Origin: an uncultured Candidatus Saccharibacteria bacterium
Lineage (GTDB): Bacteria; Patescibacteriota; Minisyncoccia; Phycocordibacterales; Phycocordibacteraceae
Reading direction: 5' to 3'
Assembly (NCBI GenBank): GCA_964507275.1
Contig: CAZDPG010000001.1
Coordinates: 276,577-340,576 of the forward strand
Length of the DNA: 64,000 nucleotides
Shown here: piece after piece, positions 50,638 through 59,394 of the stretch
Layout: the number at the start of each line of letters is the position of its first letter
How positions within the stretch are numbered: the first letter of the stretch is position 1
Notes under the pieces: generated by a model
Databases searched by the model: none
The model's input: the letters and a program-made list of their open reading frames with translations, nothing else
What the model was told of the DNA's origin: nothing
Made by a program: the position numbers and the translations under genes

Positions 50638-50898
50638 TCATACCGTAGCACAGACCGAAGTGCTCACCAACACTAGCTTCTTTTCGCGCGGCCATGCCTT
50701 AATCTCCGCTTCGCGCTTGCTGGCCGCACTCCGATTCGGATGCGGTTCCGTATACACGATGCGCTTCGCCTTCTTCGATCTGGTGAAGCTACTCCCGATA
50801 CCCTTCTGATGTTCAGCAAACCGCCGCGTGACGTCGGTCGTAATGCCGGTGTAAAGAGAACCGTCCTCGCACTCGAGTAGATAGACGAAGTACTGCAC
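50638..50898 (-). CDS. GIY-YIG nuclease family protein (UPF0213)
   Basis: VYLLECEDGSLYTGITTDV.RR..EH, ASKREAEIK. Confidence 0.92.
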   Translation of the reverse strand: MQYFVYLLECEDGSLYTGITTDVTRRFAEHQKGIGSSFTRSKKAKRIVYTEPHPNRSAASKREAEIKAWPREKKLVLVSTSVCATV

Positions 50899-51054
50899 TT
50901 AGTTTTTTTCTCTGTCCGCCCAGAGGAATACTGCGCCGATGACTACCCAGAATGCGACACGCAGCCAATTCTGCGTCTGCACTGCGTCGAGAAGAGCCAC
51001 GCCGAAGAACAGTGCGAAGATTGCGAAATTCGTCCCAAGCTTCAGACCTTTCAT
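50899..51054 (-). CDS. Small 2-TM protein (51 aa)
   Basis: Manual translation MKGLKLGTNFAIFALFFGVALLDAVQTQNWLRVAFWVVIGAVFLWADREKN; TATACT 6 nt upstream. Confidence 0.65.
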   Translation of the reverse strand: MKGLKLGTNFAIFALFFGVALLDAVQTQNWLRVAFWVVIGAVFLWADREKN

Positions 51055-51083
51055 AGCTATAGTATAGCCGACCTATCTCTGTG

Positions 51084-51392
51084 CTAGAGCCCGCCGTTTA
51101 GCAGGAGCCCTATGGAGACCAGCACCGCCGTGATGCACACGAAAGATCCTATCGTCATAAGGAAGAGCCGTGTCGCCTCTTTCGGCTTGCTCTCAATCAA
51201 AAACTGAAGCGGCTGATACAGGAAGAAGAATCCCATGAGGGCGGCAGAGAGCACGAAGAGCGACAAGAAAGTGACAGGAGCGATGATGCCCGGCGAAGCA
51301 TCAAACGAATTAGGAACATAAAACACTGCAGACGCGACAAGAGTGATATACGCTGCCGCTGCGAGTGCATTCAGGAATGGGTTCTTTGTCAT
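51084..51392 (-). CDS. Hypothetical membrane protein (3 TM)
   Basis: LSLFVLSAALMG...YQP hydrophobic pattern. Confidence 0.75.
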   Translation of the reverse strand: MTKNPFLNALAAAAYITLVASAVFYVPNSFDASPGIIAPVTFLSLFVLSAALMGFFFLYQPLQFLIESKPKEATRLFLMTIGSFVCITAVLVSIGLLLNGGL

Positions 51393-51456
51393 ACTTACTC
51401 TAACGCACGGACGCGCTCGCGGGTTTCTCCACTCGCGGCGTCTAGCCTCGTTGGTT

Positions 51457-51708
51457 TTAGGATTTCTCCTTCTTCACCACGATGATGGTGCACTTGGTCG
51501 CGAGAGCGGCTATCGCCCCGACGGCAGCGAGCACTGGCACAAGGACAGCACCGATGGCCCCGATTGTGAGCGGTATCTCGATGACTGTCTCCCCGGACTC
51601 ATTCTTGATGATGATGCGCCGTGCATTTCCAGCTGCGATAAGCTCCTTGACCTTCTTCACGACTTCCTTTCCATCGACGCTGAATTCTTCTTGGTTGTTG
51701 GTGTCCAT
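51457..51708 (-). CDS. DUF4342 domain protein
   Basis: KVKELIAAGNARRIIIK...EIPLTIG. Confidence 0.88.
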   Translation of the reverse strand: MDTNNQEEFSVDGKEVVKKVKELIAAGNARRIIIKNESGETVIEIPLTIGAIGAVLVPVLAAVGAIAALATKCTIIVVKKEKS

Positions 51709-51770
51709 ATGCGCCTAGTATACAGAATTTGAGATTCTTGGCTGGCCGTGCGAGACGTTTTCGAGATCTT

Positions 51771-52460
51771 CTAACGAACCTCAAAAAACACTTTCGGTTT
51801 TGTGTCTAGAATATTAGCCTTAATCTCTGGGAATTCCTCCCCTTGTTGGATTCTTTCTACAAACTGTGCAAGCTCTCCGTCAAATGGGTACGCGTACGCG
51901 TCACAGGGAATACCTCTGACGGGTACACGACTTATACACTCTGGCAACTCCTCCAAGATATACGTCGCAAACTTCGATACGTCTTCTTCTGAGAACTTTC
52001 GTTCCTCTTTTGCTATTTGATTTCTTACAATTGCCTTTAAAGCTTCCGCGAACGCCACACTGGATTCAAAAAGTCCATATAGATAGTTCACTTTTCTCTT
52101 GTATGTCGAATCGTCCAGATCTTTCCAGGTAGCATAGAAGACTTTCTCGGCCTCATCCGGCCGGAAATTGATTTTTATATACTCCTCAACTTTAGAGAGG
52201 ATTTCTCTCCCCTTTCCAGTCGCGGAGCGCACCGCCTTATCATAAGGAATACGATTCCTGACTTCTAGGTTTATGGCATGAATCGTGTCAGCGGCGTAAA
52301 CAACCACACTCTCACGAGAGTATTGCAGGGCCCATCGTACGAGTTCCGCTGTATTCTCTACAGAAAACCATTTATTACCAAGACTTATCGCGACTCCGAT
52401 ATTATATTTCCTTGCCTGAAGTTCAGCTTTACTTCCGCCGCGAATCTTATATAGCTCCAT
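51771..52460 (-). CDS. tRNA-dependent cyclodipeptide synthase (XYP-type)
   Basis: VAISLGNKWF (catalytic Ser), YILEELP (YxxxExP), AYP; about 230 aa. Confidence 0.85.
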   Translation of the reverse strand: MELYKIRGGSKAELQARKYNIGVAISLGNKWFSVENTAELVRWALQYSRESVVVYAADTIHAINLEVRNRIPYDKAVRSATGKGREILSKVEEYIKINFRPDEAEKVFYATWKDLDDSTYKRKVNYLYGLFESSVAFAEALKAIVRNQIAKEERKFSEEDVSKFATYILEELPECISRVPVRGIPCDAYAYPFDGELAQFVERIQQGEEFPEIKANILDTKPKVFFEVR

Positions 52461-52540
52461 GTAACTGGAATATGGCACATCTTATGAACATTGTCAGCTG
52501 GGGGGGGTTAGGGAACAATCCTAGAGTCTCCTACACACAG

Positions 52541-52611
52541 CTGGGGGACAGGGAATCGAACCCCGATTAGATCCTTCAAAGGGACCTGTCCGACCATTAG
52601 ACGATCCCCCA
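52541..52611 (-). tRNA. tRNA-Gln(TTG)
   Basis: TGGGGGATCGTCTAATGGTCGGACA GGTCC-CTTTGAA-GGATC ...GTTCGATTC; U1:A72. Confidence 0.93.
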
Positions 52612-52642
52612 GCTGTGGGCACGAGCGCACAAGGACACATTA

Positions 52643-53677
52643 TCACTTACCTGCTTGTTCAGGAAAGAGCTCGAGGACGGCGAGCTCAAGCGGAAGTGCG
52701 GGGATAGGTGCGTAGCGGATACGGTCAGCGGCAGTGAGGAAGGCGAGCATGGTCGCATGCGTGATGCCCTTCCCTTTTGCGAATTCCTCCAGCGCCACAG
52801 ACTCGTCCGCACCAAGCTCACTCTTGAGCGCTTCACGGAGTTCAGGTGCATAGCGTAGGAGGAGCGTGGAGCGGAGCACTTCGAGTATGAGCTCAAGGAA
52901 GAGCTTCATGTCCGCGTCCGACTTCGCGGCGCTCTCTATCGCGGAGAGCGCAGCTCCGCGCTCTCCCTTAGCAAGGGCGGCTATGAGCGCGTGCACCTGC
53001 TCGCGACGTGGAGCACCGGTCGTCTGCTCCACGATCGTGCGCGACAGAGTCTTCTCTCCTGTCGCAAGCACCTTCTGCAACACAGAGAGTGCATCGCGGT
53101 ATGAGCCGCCGGCGAGCATCGCGATGAGGTCAGCGGCATCAGGCGCGAGCGTGTATCCCTCTCTCGAAGCGACGGCTGCCGTCATCTTGGCGAGGACAGC
53201 ACGTGTCGGCTTCTTGAACTCGAATACCTGGCAACGCGATTGTACCGTCTCAGGCACCTTCGAGAGTTCGGTCGTGGCGAGAATGAACACCGCATGCGCC
53301 GGAGGTTCTTCGAGCGTCTTCAGGAATGCATTCCATGCACCCTTCGAGAGCATGTGCACCTCGTCGAGGATGTACACCTTGTATGGCGACGCGAACGGAA
53401 GCGTATATACGCCGTCAGTGAGCGCGCGGATATCTTCAACGCTGTTGTTGCTCGCTGCGTCGATCTCATAGAGATCATTCTCGGTGCAACCAATAGCGCC
53501 AGCGAATATCCGCGCGACTGAGGTCTTCCCGAGACCGCGCGAACCAGAGAAGAGGTATGCATGACCGATCTTCTTCGCCTTCACCGCTTCCTCCAGCGGT
53601 TTCGTCACCTGTTCCTGTCCCACGACATCAGCGAAGGATGCGGGGCGGTGAATACGATAGAGAGACTGGTGCGCCAT
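52643..53677 (-). CDS. dnaX: DNA polymerase III subunit gamma/tau (short)
   Basis: LYRIHRP..F.DVVGQE, GSRGLGKT, EIDAASN, ILDEVHML, KTLEEPP, SRC. Confidence 0.95.
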   Translation of the reverse strand: MAHQSLYRIHRPASFADVVGQEQVTKPLEEAVKAKKIGHAYLFSGSRGLGKTSVARIFAGAIGCTENDLYEIDAASNNSVEDIRALTDGVYTLPFASPYKVYILDEVHMLSKGAWNAFLKTLEEPPAHAVFILATTELSKVPETVQSRCQVFEFKKPTRAVLAKMTAAVASREGYTLAPDAADLIAMLAGGSYRDALSVLQKVLATGEKTLSRTIVEQTTGAPRREQVHALIAALAKGERGAALSAIESAAKSDADMKLFLELILEVLRSTLLLRYAPELREALKSELGADESVALEEFAKGKGITHATMLAFLTAADRIRYAPIPALPLELAVLELFPEQAGK

Positions 53678-53803
53678 ATCGGAAGTATACAGGGAGGAGG
53701 TTGGAGGTGGTAGTTCAAACAGGACGGTATTTGACAAATCGCATTGATACTCTATGATATAGCCAGGTTCTTTCTTCGACAACGTATACATCGGGAGATT
53801 CGT

Positions 53804-54238
53804 ATGAACGCAACAGCACTCAGTATCAACCACGTCCTGTATGCATTCGGCATCGGGTCGGCCTCCGCTCTCTGGCCCATCATCGGAAGATATTCCGGGG
53901 CGCCGGGGACGTGGATCAACACTGTCGTCATCATCGGGTCGGCCATCAGCGGCATCGCGCTGGCCTACCCTTCGATGAGGGAGCAACCCTTGCCGAGCAT
54001 GAATGCCATCTGGGTTCTGCTTTTCGCAGGACTCGTCAACGGAGCGGCGGTTTACTTCTACTCCGTCAAGGCGGCTGATCCACACGTCCCAATGAACGCT
54101 TTTATCGTCACAACCATCGTCATGATGATTGTGATGACGCTCGCGTTCAATTTCCTTCTGAACGGTGTCGTACCTTCCGTAAAGCAGGGACTCGGACTCA
54201 CCTTTGCAGTCCTGGCAGTCATTCTTCTCGCAAGCTAA
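53804..54238 (+). CDS. EamA/DMT-like small membrane protein
   Basis: 5 TM segments; promoter TTGACA-N16-TATGAT at 53731-53758; SD GGGAG. Confidence 0.75.
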   Translation: MNATALSINHVLYAFGIGSASALWPIIGRYSGAPGTWINTVVIIGSAISGIALAYPSMREQPLPSMNAIWVLLFAGLVNGAAVYFYSVKAADPHVPMNAFIVTTIVMMIVMTLAFNFLLNGVVPSVKQGLGLTFAVLAVILLAS

Positions 54239-54255
54239 TCACGGAGACACAAAAC

Positions 54256-54561
54256 ATGTACATCACACACGTCACGCCGCTCGAGAAGAAGGAAGGCGTT
54301 CTTACCCAACTTCCCTTCCTGTGCACGGAACACCAGGACAGCCTCGTATTCCAAATCGGGTTTCAGCCAAACCTGATTCTGGCGATTGACGATGTCCAGG
54401 AACGGGTGAAAATCGGTTCACTCTTCGTCTTACCGAACCCCGTGCATATTGATTCGGAAGCGCGTATTCCCTGGCTCGACCCCAGTGGCCACATCTGGCT
54501 CTTGGATAAGGCAAATCCACACGGAGACCTTCATCCCAAGATCATCGGTTCACTTCACTGA
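54256..54561 (+). CDS. Hypothetical protein
   Basis: SD GGAG; downstream hairpin with T tract. Confidence 0.55.
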   Translation: MYITHVTPLEKKEGVLTQLPFLCTEHQDSLVFQIGFQPNLILAIDDVQERVKIGSLFVLPNPVHIDSEARIPWLDPSGHIWLLDKANPHGDLHPKIIGSLH

Positions 54562-54566
54562 GACAC

Positions 54567-54657
54567 AACCCGCCGGCAAGAAACCTTGCCTCGGCGGGTT
54601 TCTTGTTTTTATTATGGTCATAAAAAATAACGGCCGACTGGGCAACCAGTCGGCCGT
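54567..54657. terminator. Two hairpins between convergent accessory genes
   Basis: aacccgccg...cggcgggttt and acggccgactgg-gcaa-ccagtcggccgt. Confidence 0.65.
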
Positions 54658-54672
54658 ACACGAGGCTCGTCG

Positions 54673-55380
54673 CTACGCGTTCAGTGCCCGCACGAGTCCG
54701 ATCATTCCTTCAGCGGTGTCGTATCTCGTCCTATCGGCGCGGTCAAGGATGGCGTCCAGCCGGTTGTAGCCGTACTCGTCTCGGTCCAAACACGTGCCAT
54801 GGAAGAGCGCGCTGAATAGATTCTCGCCGGCAATGCCCCATTCGGTATACGGGATGTCCATCCCTATGCACCGGCCGCCATGAGCGTCGAAGATGTGGTT
54901 CTCGCGATCGCTCTTGAGGAGCGGATCCCCACTCTCGAACTGAGTGGTGATGCGATGGAGACCTTCCAAGACACGCTCTCGGAAGGAGTCGAAATACCAC
55001 GCCTTGACCTTCTCGAGAACGAACGCCTGCGACTCGGACGGCAGATGATCAACGATGTAGGCCGTCTGCCGCGGCGTGAGTTCCACGACATGATTGGGAT
55101 AGCTGATTTGGTCGACGAAAACCAGGAACCGCACGTTGAGCCACAGGTCGTCCCCGTACACGATGGGATGACTCAAAATGACGAACGCGGTATCAGCCGA
55201 CATCGGACTTCGCGCGATGCGCTCGATGACGGCTAGACCTTCCTTGCCGTTCAGGCAGAGATGGGGCCGAAACCAACTCTCGGAGGCGGACGTGAGCGAT
55301 GCGACACCTCGGTTCAGATCCTCCTTCAGTTGTGAAGCTTCCTTCAGGGTTACCAGCTTACAGCGTTCATTGTCAGACAT
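54673..55380 (-). CDS. Hypothetical protein
   Basis: 235-aa ORF, SD AGGAG, TTGACT-N17-TAGTAT upstream. Confidence 0.7.
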   Translation of the reverse strand: MSDNERCKLVTLKEASQLKEDLNRGVASLTSASESWFRPHLCLNGKEGLAVIERIARSPMSADTAFVILSHPIVYGDDLWLNVRFLVFVDQISYPNHVVELTPRQTAYIVDHLPSESQAFVLEKVKAWYFDSFRERVLEGLHRITTQFESGDPLLKSDRENHIFDAHGGRCIGMDIPYTEWGIAGENLFSALFHGTCLDRDEYGYNRLDAILDRADRTRYDTAEGMIGLVRALNA

Positions 55381-55438
55381 GAGATGTCTCCTCGTATCGA
55401 TTTGTTAGGCTGCGGATGTTCTTTATTCCGGTGTGATA

Positions 55439-56416
55439 CTACGACGACTTAATAAATGAGTCAATCTCTGCTTCGAGCCCAGCCGCGGAGGTAGTCTCCA
55501 TGAGTCGCGCACGAAGATGCGCTGCACCGTCGAAGCCGGTAGCGAACGCTTTGATATGCTTCTTGAGTATCGCGAAACTTTTGGGCGGCGTTATCTTCTC
55601 GAAATCATGAGCGAGCTCAATGAGCGCAGCAAGCTTCTCCGAGAGCGGCGTGTCCTCCGGCTTCCTGCCGGCGAAGACCCATGGATTGCCGAACATACCG
55701 CGGCCGATCATCGCGCCGTCGCAGCCACTCTCGAGGACGAGCTGTCTTCCCTGTTCGATACTCGTTACGTCGCCATTACCGATGAGAATGACTTCTGGAT
55801 TGATGCGATTACGCATGGAAACCGCTTTCTTCATGAGCTCCCAGTCGGCCGGCACGAGCGACATCTCCTTACGTGTACGCAGATGGAGCGTGAGCGCAGC
55901 GGGTGCCTCTTCGAGAATGACCGGTAGCCATTCATCGAGTGACTCCTTGCCGTATCCAACGCGCGTCTTCACCGAGACAGGAAGACCACTCGCTTCTTTG
56001 GCAGCCCGGATGACTGCGCGCGCCACCTCTGGCGTCTTTATCATCGCCGCGCCGCATCCCTGCTTCTCGATACTGCGATCGGGACAACCCATGTTCAGAT
56101 CGACACCATCGAAGCCGAGTTCAGCGACGAGTTTGGTCGCGTAAGCGATCATCTCCGGCTTGCTCGAGAATATCTGTGCAACGATGGGATGCTCGCCCGG
56201 ACCCTTCAGGAGATCGCGCATGAGTGGATTCTCCTCATCCTTCATCTTCTGTATCTCTCGCGTATGGTACAGACCATCAGCCGAGACGAACTCGGTCCAG
56301 AAGACGTCCGGCCTCCCGTGCTTAGCGACAAGCGCACGGAAAGCGGCGTCCGTGACGTCCGCCATCGGGGCCATGACAAAACACGGCTTCTTGAGTTCCT
56401 TCCAGAACGATTTCAT
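55439..56416 (-). CDS. dus: tRNA-dihydrouridine synthase
   Basis: MAPMADVTD, DLNMGCP, SVKTRVG, IGNGDV, MIGRG. Confidence 0.95.
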   Translation of the reverse strand: MKSFWKELKKPCFVMAPMADVTDAAFRALVAKHGRPDVFWTEFVSADGLYHTREIQKMKDEENPLMRDLLKGPGEHPIVAQIFSSKPEMIAYATKLVAELGFDGVDLNMGCPDRSIEKQGCGAAMIKTPEVARAVIRAAKEASGLPVSVKTRVGYGKESLDEWLPVILEEAPAALTLHLRTRKEMSLVPADWELMKKAVSMRNRINPEVILIGNGDVTSIEQGRQLVLESGCDGAMIGRGMFGNPWVFAGRKPEDTPLSEKLAALIELAHDFEKITPPKSFAILKKHIKAFATGFDGAAHLRARLMETTSAAGLEAEIDSFIKSS

Positions 56417-56437
56417 ACCGTTACCCTAGCACCAACC

Positions 56438-57274
56438 TTACATTGGCGCTTCTGCTTTCTTCAGATACACCTTCCCCTCGAAACGCAGGTCGACATATTC
56501 GACTGAACCATCGGCGAGATTGAAGTTCGTCCGAGAAGACGTGAGCGCTGTAAAAGCATTCTGTTCGTTCCCGAGCACATAGGTGATGCGCGTCCCGCTC
56601 GCGAGAATATCATCGACTTCATCTCCCTTTATGATGACCCGCACGACTGGAGCGCCAAACGCAGCGAACTGACGCGCGAAGTCGAAAGCAGCAGGAAGTT
56701 TGTCGGCGTGAGCGAGCGAGGCACGAAGCGGTTCAAGTGTCTCTCCCTCAAGCGCCGCATAGAGAGCGAAGTTGTTTACGGTCTGTGTGGAAGTGGCGAT
56801 GACGTCTGCGTCCGCGAAGACGAATCCATTTGCGTCAAAGAGATAGCAGTACTCATCGACCCCTTCCGTGGGAGCGAGCCCGCACCAGCGCGCTATCGGC
56901 ACGCGATAATCCACCCGAATAGAAAGTCCCATCAACCCATTCCGAAAGATCGATACTGCGGCGATGTCCGGATGCTCTTCAATGATGCTCGATCGGATAC
57001 TCGGCGCAGGGAAAAAGAACGTCGAGTTGCGCGGAATGATGCCGAAATAGCTTCCCTGCATCGTGCTTGTCGCGAGGGCGGCAAACGATTGGTCAGCACC
57101 GTACACGACGACGCGCGATATGCGCACCGGACTCTGCCAGAGCCCGTGCAGGATTGCTGCGAGCACGATACAAAAAAGGACACCGCTCGCTATGCGGATG
57201 CGGCGGCGGCGCGTCTTGCGGCGCTCCGCGAGCCGCTCATGACTACGAACCTCTGATGACGGTCTTTCCGACAT
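56438..57274 (-). CDS. FtsQ/DivIB-like cell division protein
   Basis: Basic N-terminus, one TM, POTRA-like segment, C-terminal EYVDLRFEGKVY. Confidence 0.75.
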   Translation of the reverse strand: MSERPSSEVRSHERLAERRKTRRRRIRIASGVLFCIVLAAILHGLWQSPVRISRVVVYGADQSFAALATSTMQGSYFGIIPRNSTFFFPAPSIRSSIIEEHPDIAAVSIFRNGLMGLSIRVDYRVPIARWCGLAPTEGVDEYCYLFDANGFVFADADVIATSTQTVNNFALYAALEGETLEPLRASLAHADKLPAAFDFARQFAAFGAPVVRVIIKGDEVDDILASGTRITYVLGNEQNAFTALTSSRTNFNLADGSVEYVDLRFEGKVYLKKAEAPM

Positions 57275-58511
57275 ACGGCACGAGCGCCTCGGGCACTCGT
57301 ATCGTGCCGTCTGCCTGCTGATAGTTCTCGACGAGGACCGCGAGGAAGCGCGGCGTCGCGAGCGCGGTGTTGTTCAGAGAGTGCGCGAACTTCATGTCGC
57401 CCTGCTCGTCGCGATAGCGGATATTCAGACGACGCGTCTGGAAGTCATGAAAATAAGATGAGGAATGCGTCTCGCGATACTTCCCCTCCGAAGGCATCCA
57501 ACACTCGATGTCGTATTTTTTGACTTGGCCCAAGCCAAGGTCGCCGCCGCAATTCACCACCACATGATACGGGATGCCGAGGAGTTTGATCATTTCTTCG
57601 GCATTCGCCGTGAGCTCCTCATGGTACTTCACGCTCGTCTCGTGCGACGCTTCGCACAGAATCACCTGCTCGAACTTGTAGAACTCGTGCACGCGCACGA
57701 GACCCTTCGTGTCCTTGCCATGTGCGCCTGCTTCGCGACGGAATGCCGGCGAGAACGAGAAGTACTTGATTGGGAACTGTTTCGCGTCGAGCACTTCGTC
57801 CATGTGATAGCCCATCGTTGCGACTTCGGCCGTACCGGAAAGATATTCGCCATCCTGCGTCTTGTAGAGATCCTCTTCAGATTGCGGGAGGTAGCCCGTA
57901 CCCATGAACGGTTCGCGACGCACAAGCGAAGGGACAATCATCGGCGTGAAGCCGCCCTTCTTCACGAAATGATCCGAGATGAAGTGCCAGAGCGCATAGG
58001 AAAGGAGCGCACCATCACCCTTGAGGAAATATCCGCGGAAGCCGGCGACCTTCGCGCCACGCTCGAAGTCGGCCATACAAAGCGACGTCATGAGCTCGAC
58101 ATGGTCCTTCGGGGTAAACGAGAATGCCGCTGTGTCGCCCCACTTCCTCACTTCGACATTCTCAGCATCACTCCCGCCGTCCGGCACAGACATATCAGGA
58201 ATGTTCGGCACGGAGAGCATGAGCTTCTGCCACTCGACCATCACTTCTTTCAGACGCTCCTCGCCTTCGGTCATACCGTCTTTCAGATGACGCATCGCCT
58301 CGAGCAACTTCTCGCGCTCTTCGCCCTGTGCGCGCTGGATCTCAGAACTCCGGCGATTCTGTTCCGAGCGCTTCGCATCGAGCTCCTGGCGGATGAGCTT
58401 GCGCTCGTCGTCGACCTTGATGAGCCGATCGATGTCGACTGAGATGCGCTTCTTCACGGCACCGGCCCGCACGATATCTGCGTTTTCCCGAATGAGATGT
58501 ATGTCGAGCAT
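57243..58511 (-). CDS. serS: Serine--tRNA ligase
   Basis: MLDIHLIREN, GTAE, FRREAG, RVHEFYKFE, HSLNNT. Confidence 0.98.
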   Translation of the reverse strand: MLDIHLIRENADIVRAGAVKKRISVDIDRLIKVDDERKLIRQELDAKRSEQNRRSSEIQRAQGEEREKLLEAMRHLKDGMTEGEERLKEVMVEWQKLMLSVPNIPDMSVPDGGSDAENVEVRKWGDTAAFSFTPKDHVELMTSLCMADFERGAKVAGFRGYFLKGDGALLSYALWHFISDHFVKKGGFTPMIVPSLVRREPFMGTGYLPQSEEDLYKTQDGEYLSGTAEVATMGYHMDEVLDAKQFPIKYFSFSPAFRREAGAHGKDTKGLVRVHEFYKFEQVILCEASHETSVKYHEELTANAEEMIKLLGIPYHVVVNCGGDLGLGQVKKYDIECWMPSEGKYRETHSSSYFHDFQTRRLNIRYRDEQGDMKFAHSLNNTALATPRFLAVLVENYQQADGTIRVPEALVPYVGKTVIRGS

Positions 58512-58521
58512 AGTGCTCCCT

Positions 58522-58529
58522 AGTATACT
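58522..58529. promoter_or_regulatory. Palindromic AGTATACT giving a -10 box on both strands
   Basis: Centre of the 24-nt gap between divergent serS and dprA. Confidence 0.6.
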
Positions 58530-58535
58530 TCACTC

Positions 58536-59390
58536 ATGGAAATACGTGAACTTGCGCGCGACGCATGGCCTGCACAACTCCTAGAGATACCGCAGCTACC
58601 GGAAAAGCTCTGGATACGAGGAAGCCTGCCGAAAGAAGGGACGAGACTGCTCGCGGTCGTCGGCAGCCGCGCGATGTCGCGCTACGGACAAGAAGCGTGC
58701 GAGACACTCATCAAAGGACTTGCCGGCTATCCTATCTCAATCGTGAGTGGACTGGCGCTTGGCGCAGACGCATGTGCGCACCGAGCGGCACTCGCCGCAG
58801 GACTCCACACCATCAGCATCCCCGGCTCGGGACTCGATGATTCCGTCATCAGTCCGCGTACGAACTTCGGCCTTGCGAAAGACATCCTTGCTGCCGGCGG
58901 CGCGCTCATATCGGAGCAGGAGCCGCTGCATAGGCCGTGGATGAAAGAATTTCCCTCGCGCAACCGACTCATGGTCGGCATGAGCGATGCCGTACTCATC
59001 GTCGAAGCCGGACCGAAGTCCGGCACGCTCATCACCGCACGCCTGGCAGGTGAATATAATCGCGACCTCCTCTGTATCCCGCATCGTATTGGCGATCCAC
59101 ACGCATTCGGCCCGCACCTCTTCATCCGTCTCGGCGCGGCGCTCGTGACCGAGCCGATGCACATCCTCGAAGCGCTTCGCATAACACCACGCGAAACAAC
59201 CGGGAAACGCGAAGTCCCGAGCGACCTCACGGACACCGAGCTCGTTATATGGGATATGCTCCAAGAGCCAAAGACGCGCGATGAAATACTTAGAAAAAGT
59301 GTCGATGCAGACGAATGTCTCACGGCGCTTCTCGCGCTCGAACTGCGCGGGCTCGTGAGGGAAGAATTCGGCGCATGGCATCGTACCTAA
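58536..59390 (+). CDS. dprA: DNA-processing protein DprA
   Basis: AVVGSR, IVSGLALGAD..AH, FPSRNR, VEAG.KSGTLITA. Confidence 0.95.
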   Translation: MEIRELARDAWPAQLLEIPQLPEKLWIRGSLPKEGTRLLAVVGSRAMSRYGQEACETLIKGLAGYPISIVSGLALGADACAHRAALAAGLHTISIPGSGLDDSVISPRTNFGLAKDILAAGGALISEQEPLHRPWMKEFPSRNRLMVGMSDAVLIVEAGPKSGTLITARLAGEYNRDLLCIPHRIGDPHAFGPHLFIRLGAALVTEPMHILEALRITPRETTGKREVPSDLTDTELVIWDMLQEPKTRDEILRKSVDADECLTALLALELRGLVREEFGAWHRT

Positions 59391-59394
59391 CTCC

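Noticed and set aside
50638-50898. GIY-YIG protein as a homing endonuclease or mobile element
   Set aside because: Its size and motifs match the small UPF0213 family, and there is no intron context
53678-54085. N-terminal extension of DnaX in the 480-aa ORF call
   Set aside because: Homology starts at MAHQSLYR (53677) with a -10 box 6 nt upstream, and the extension overlaps a plausible plus-strand gene
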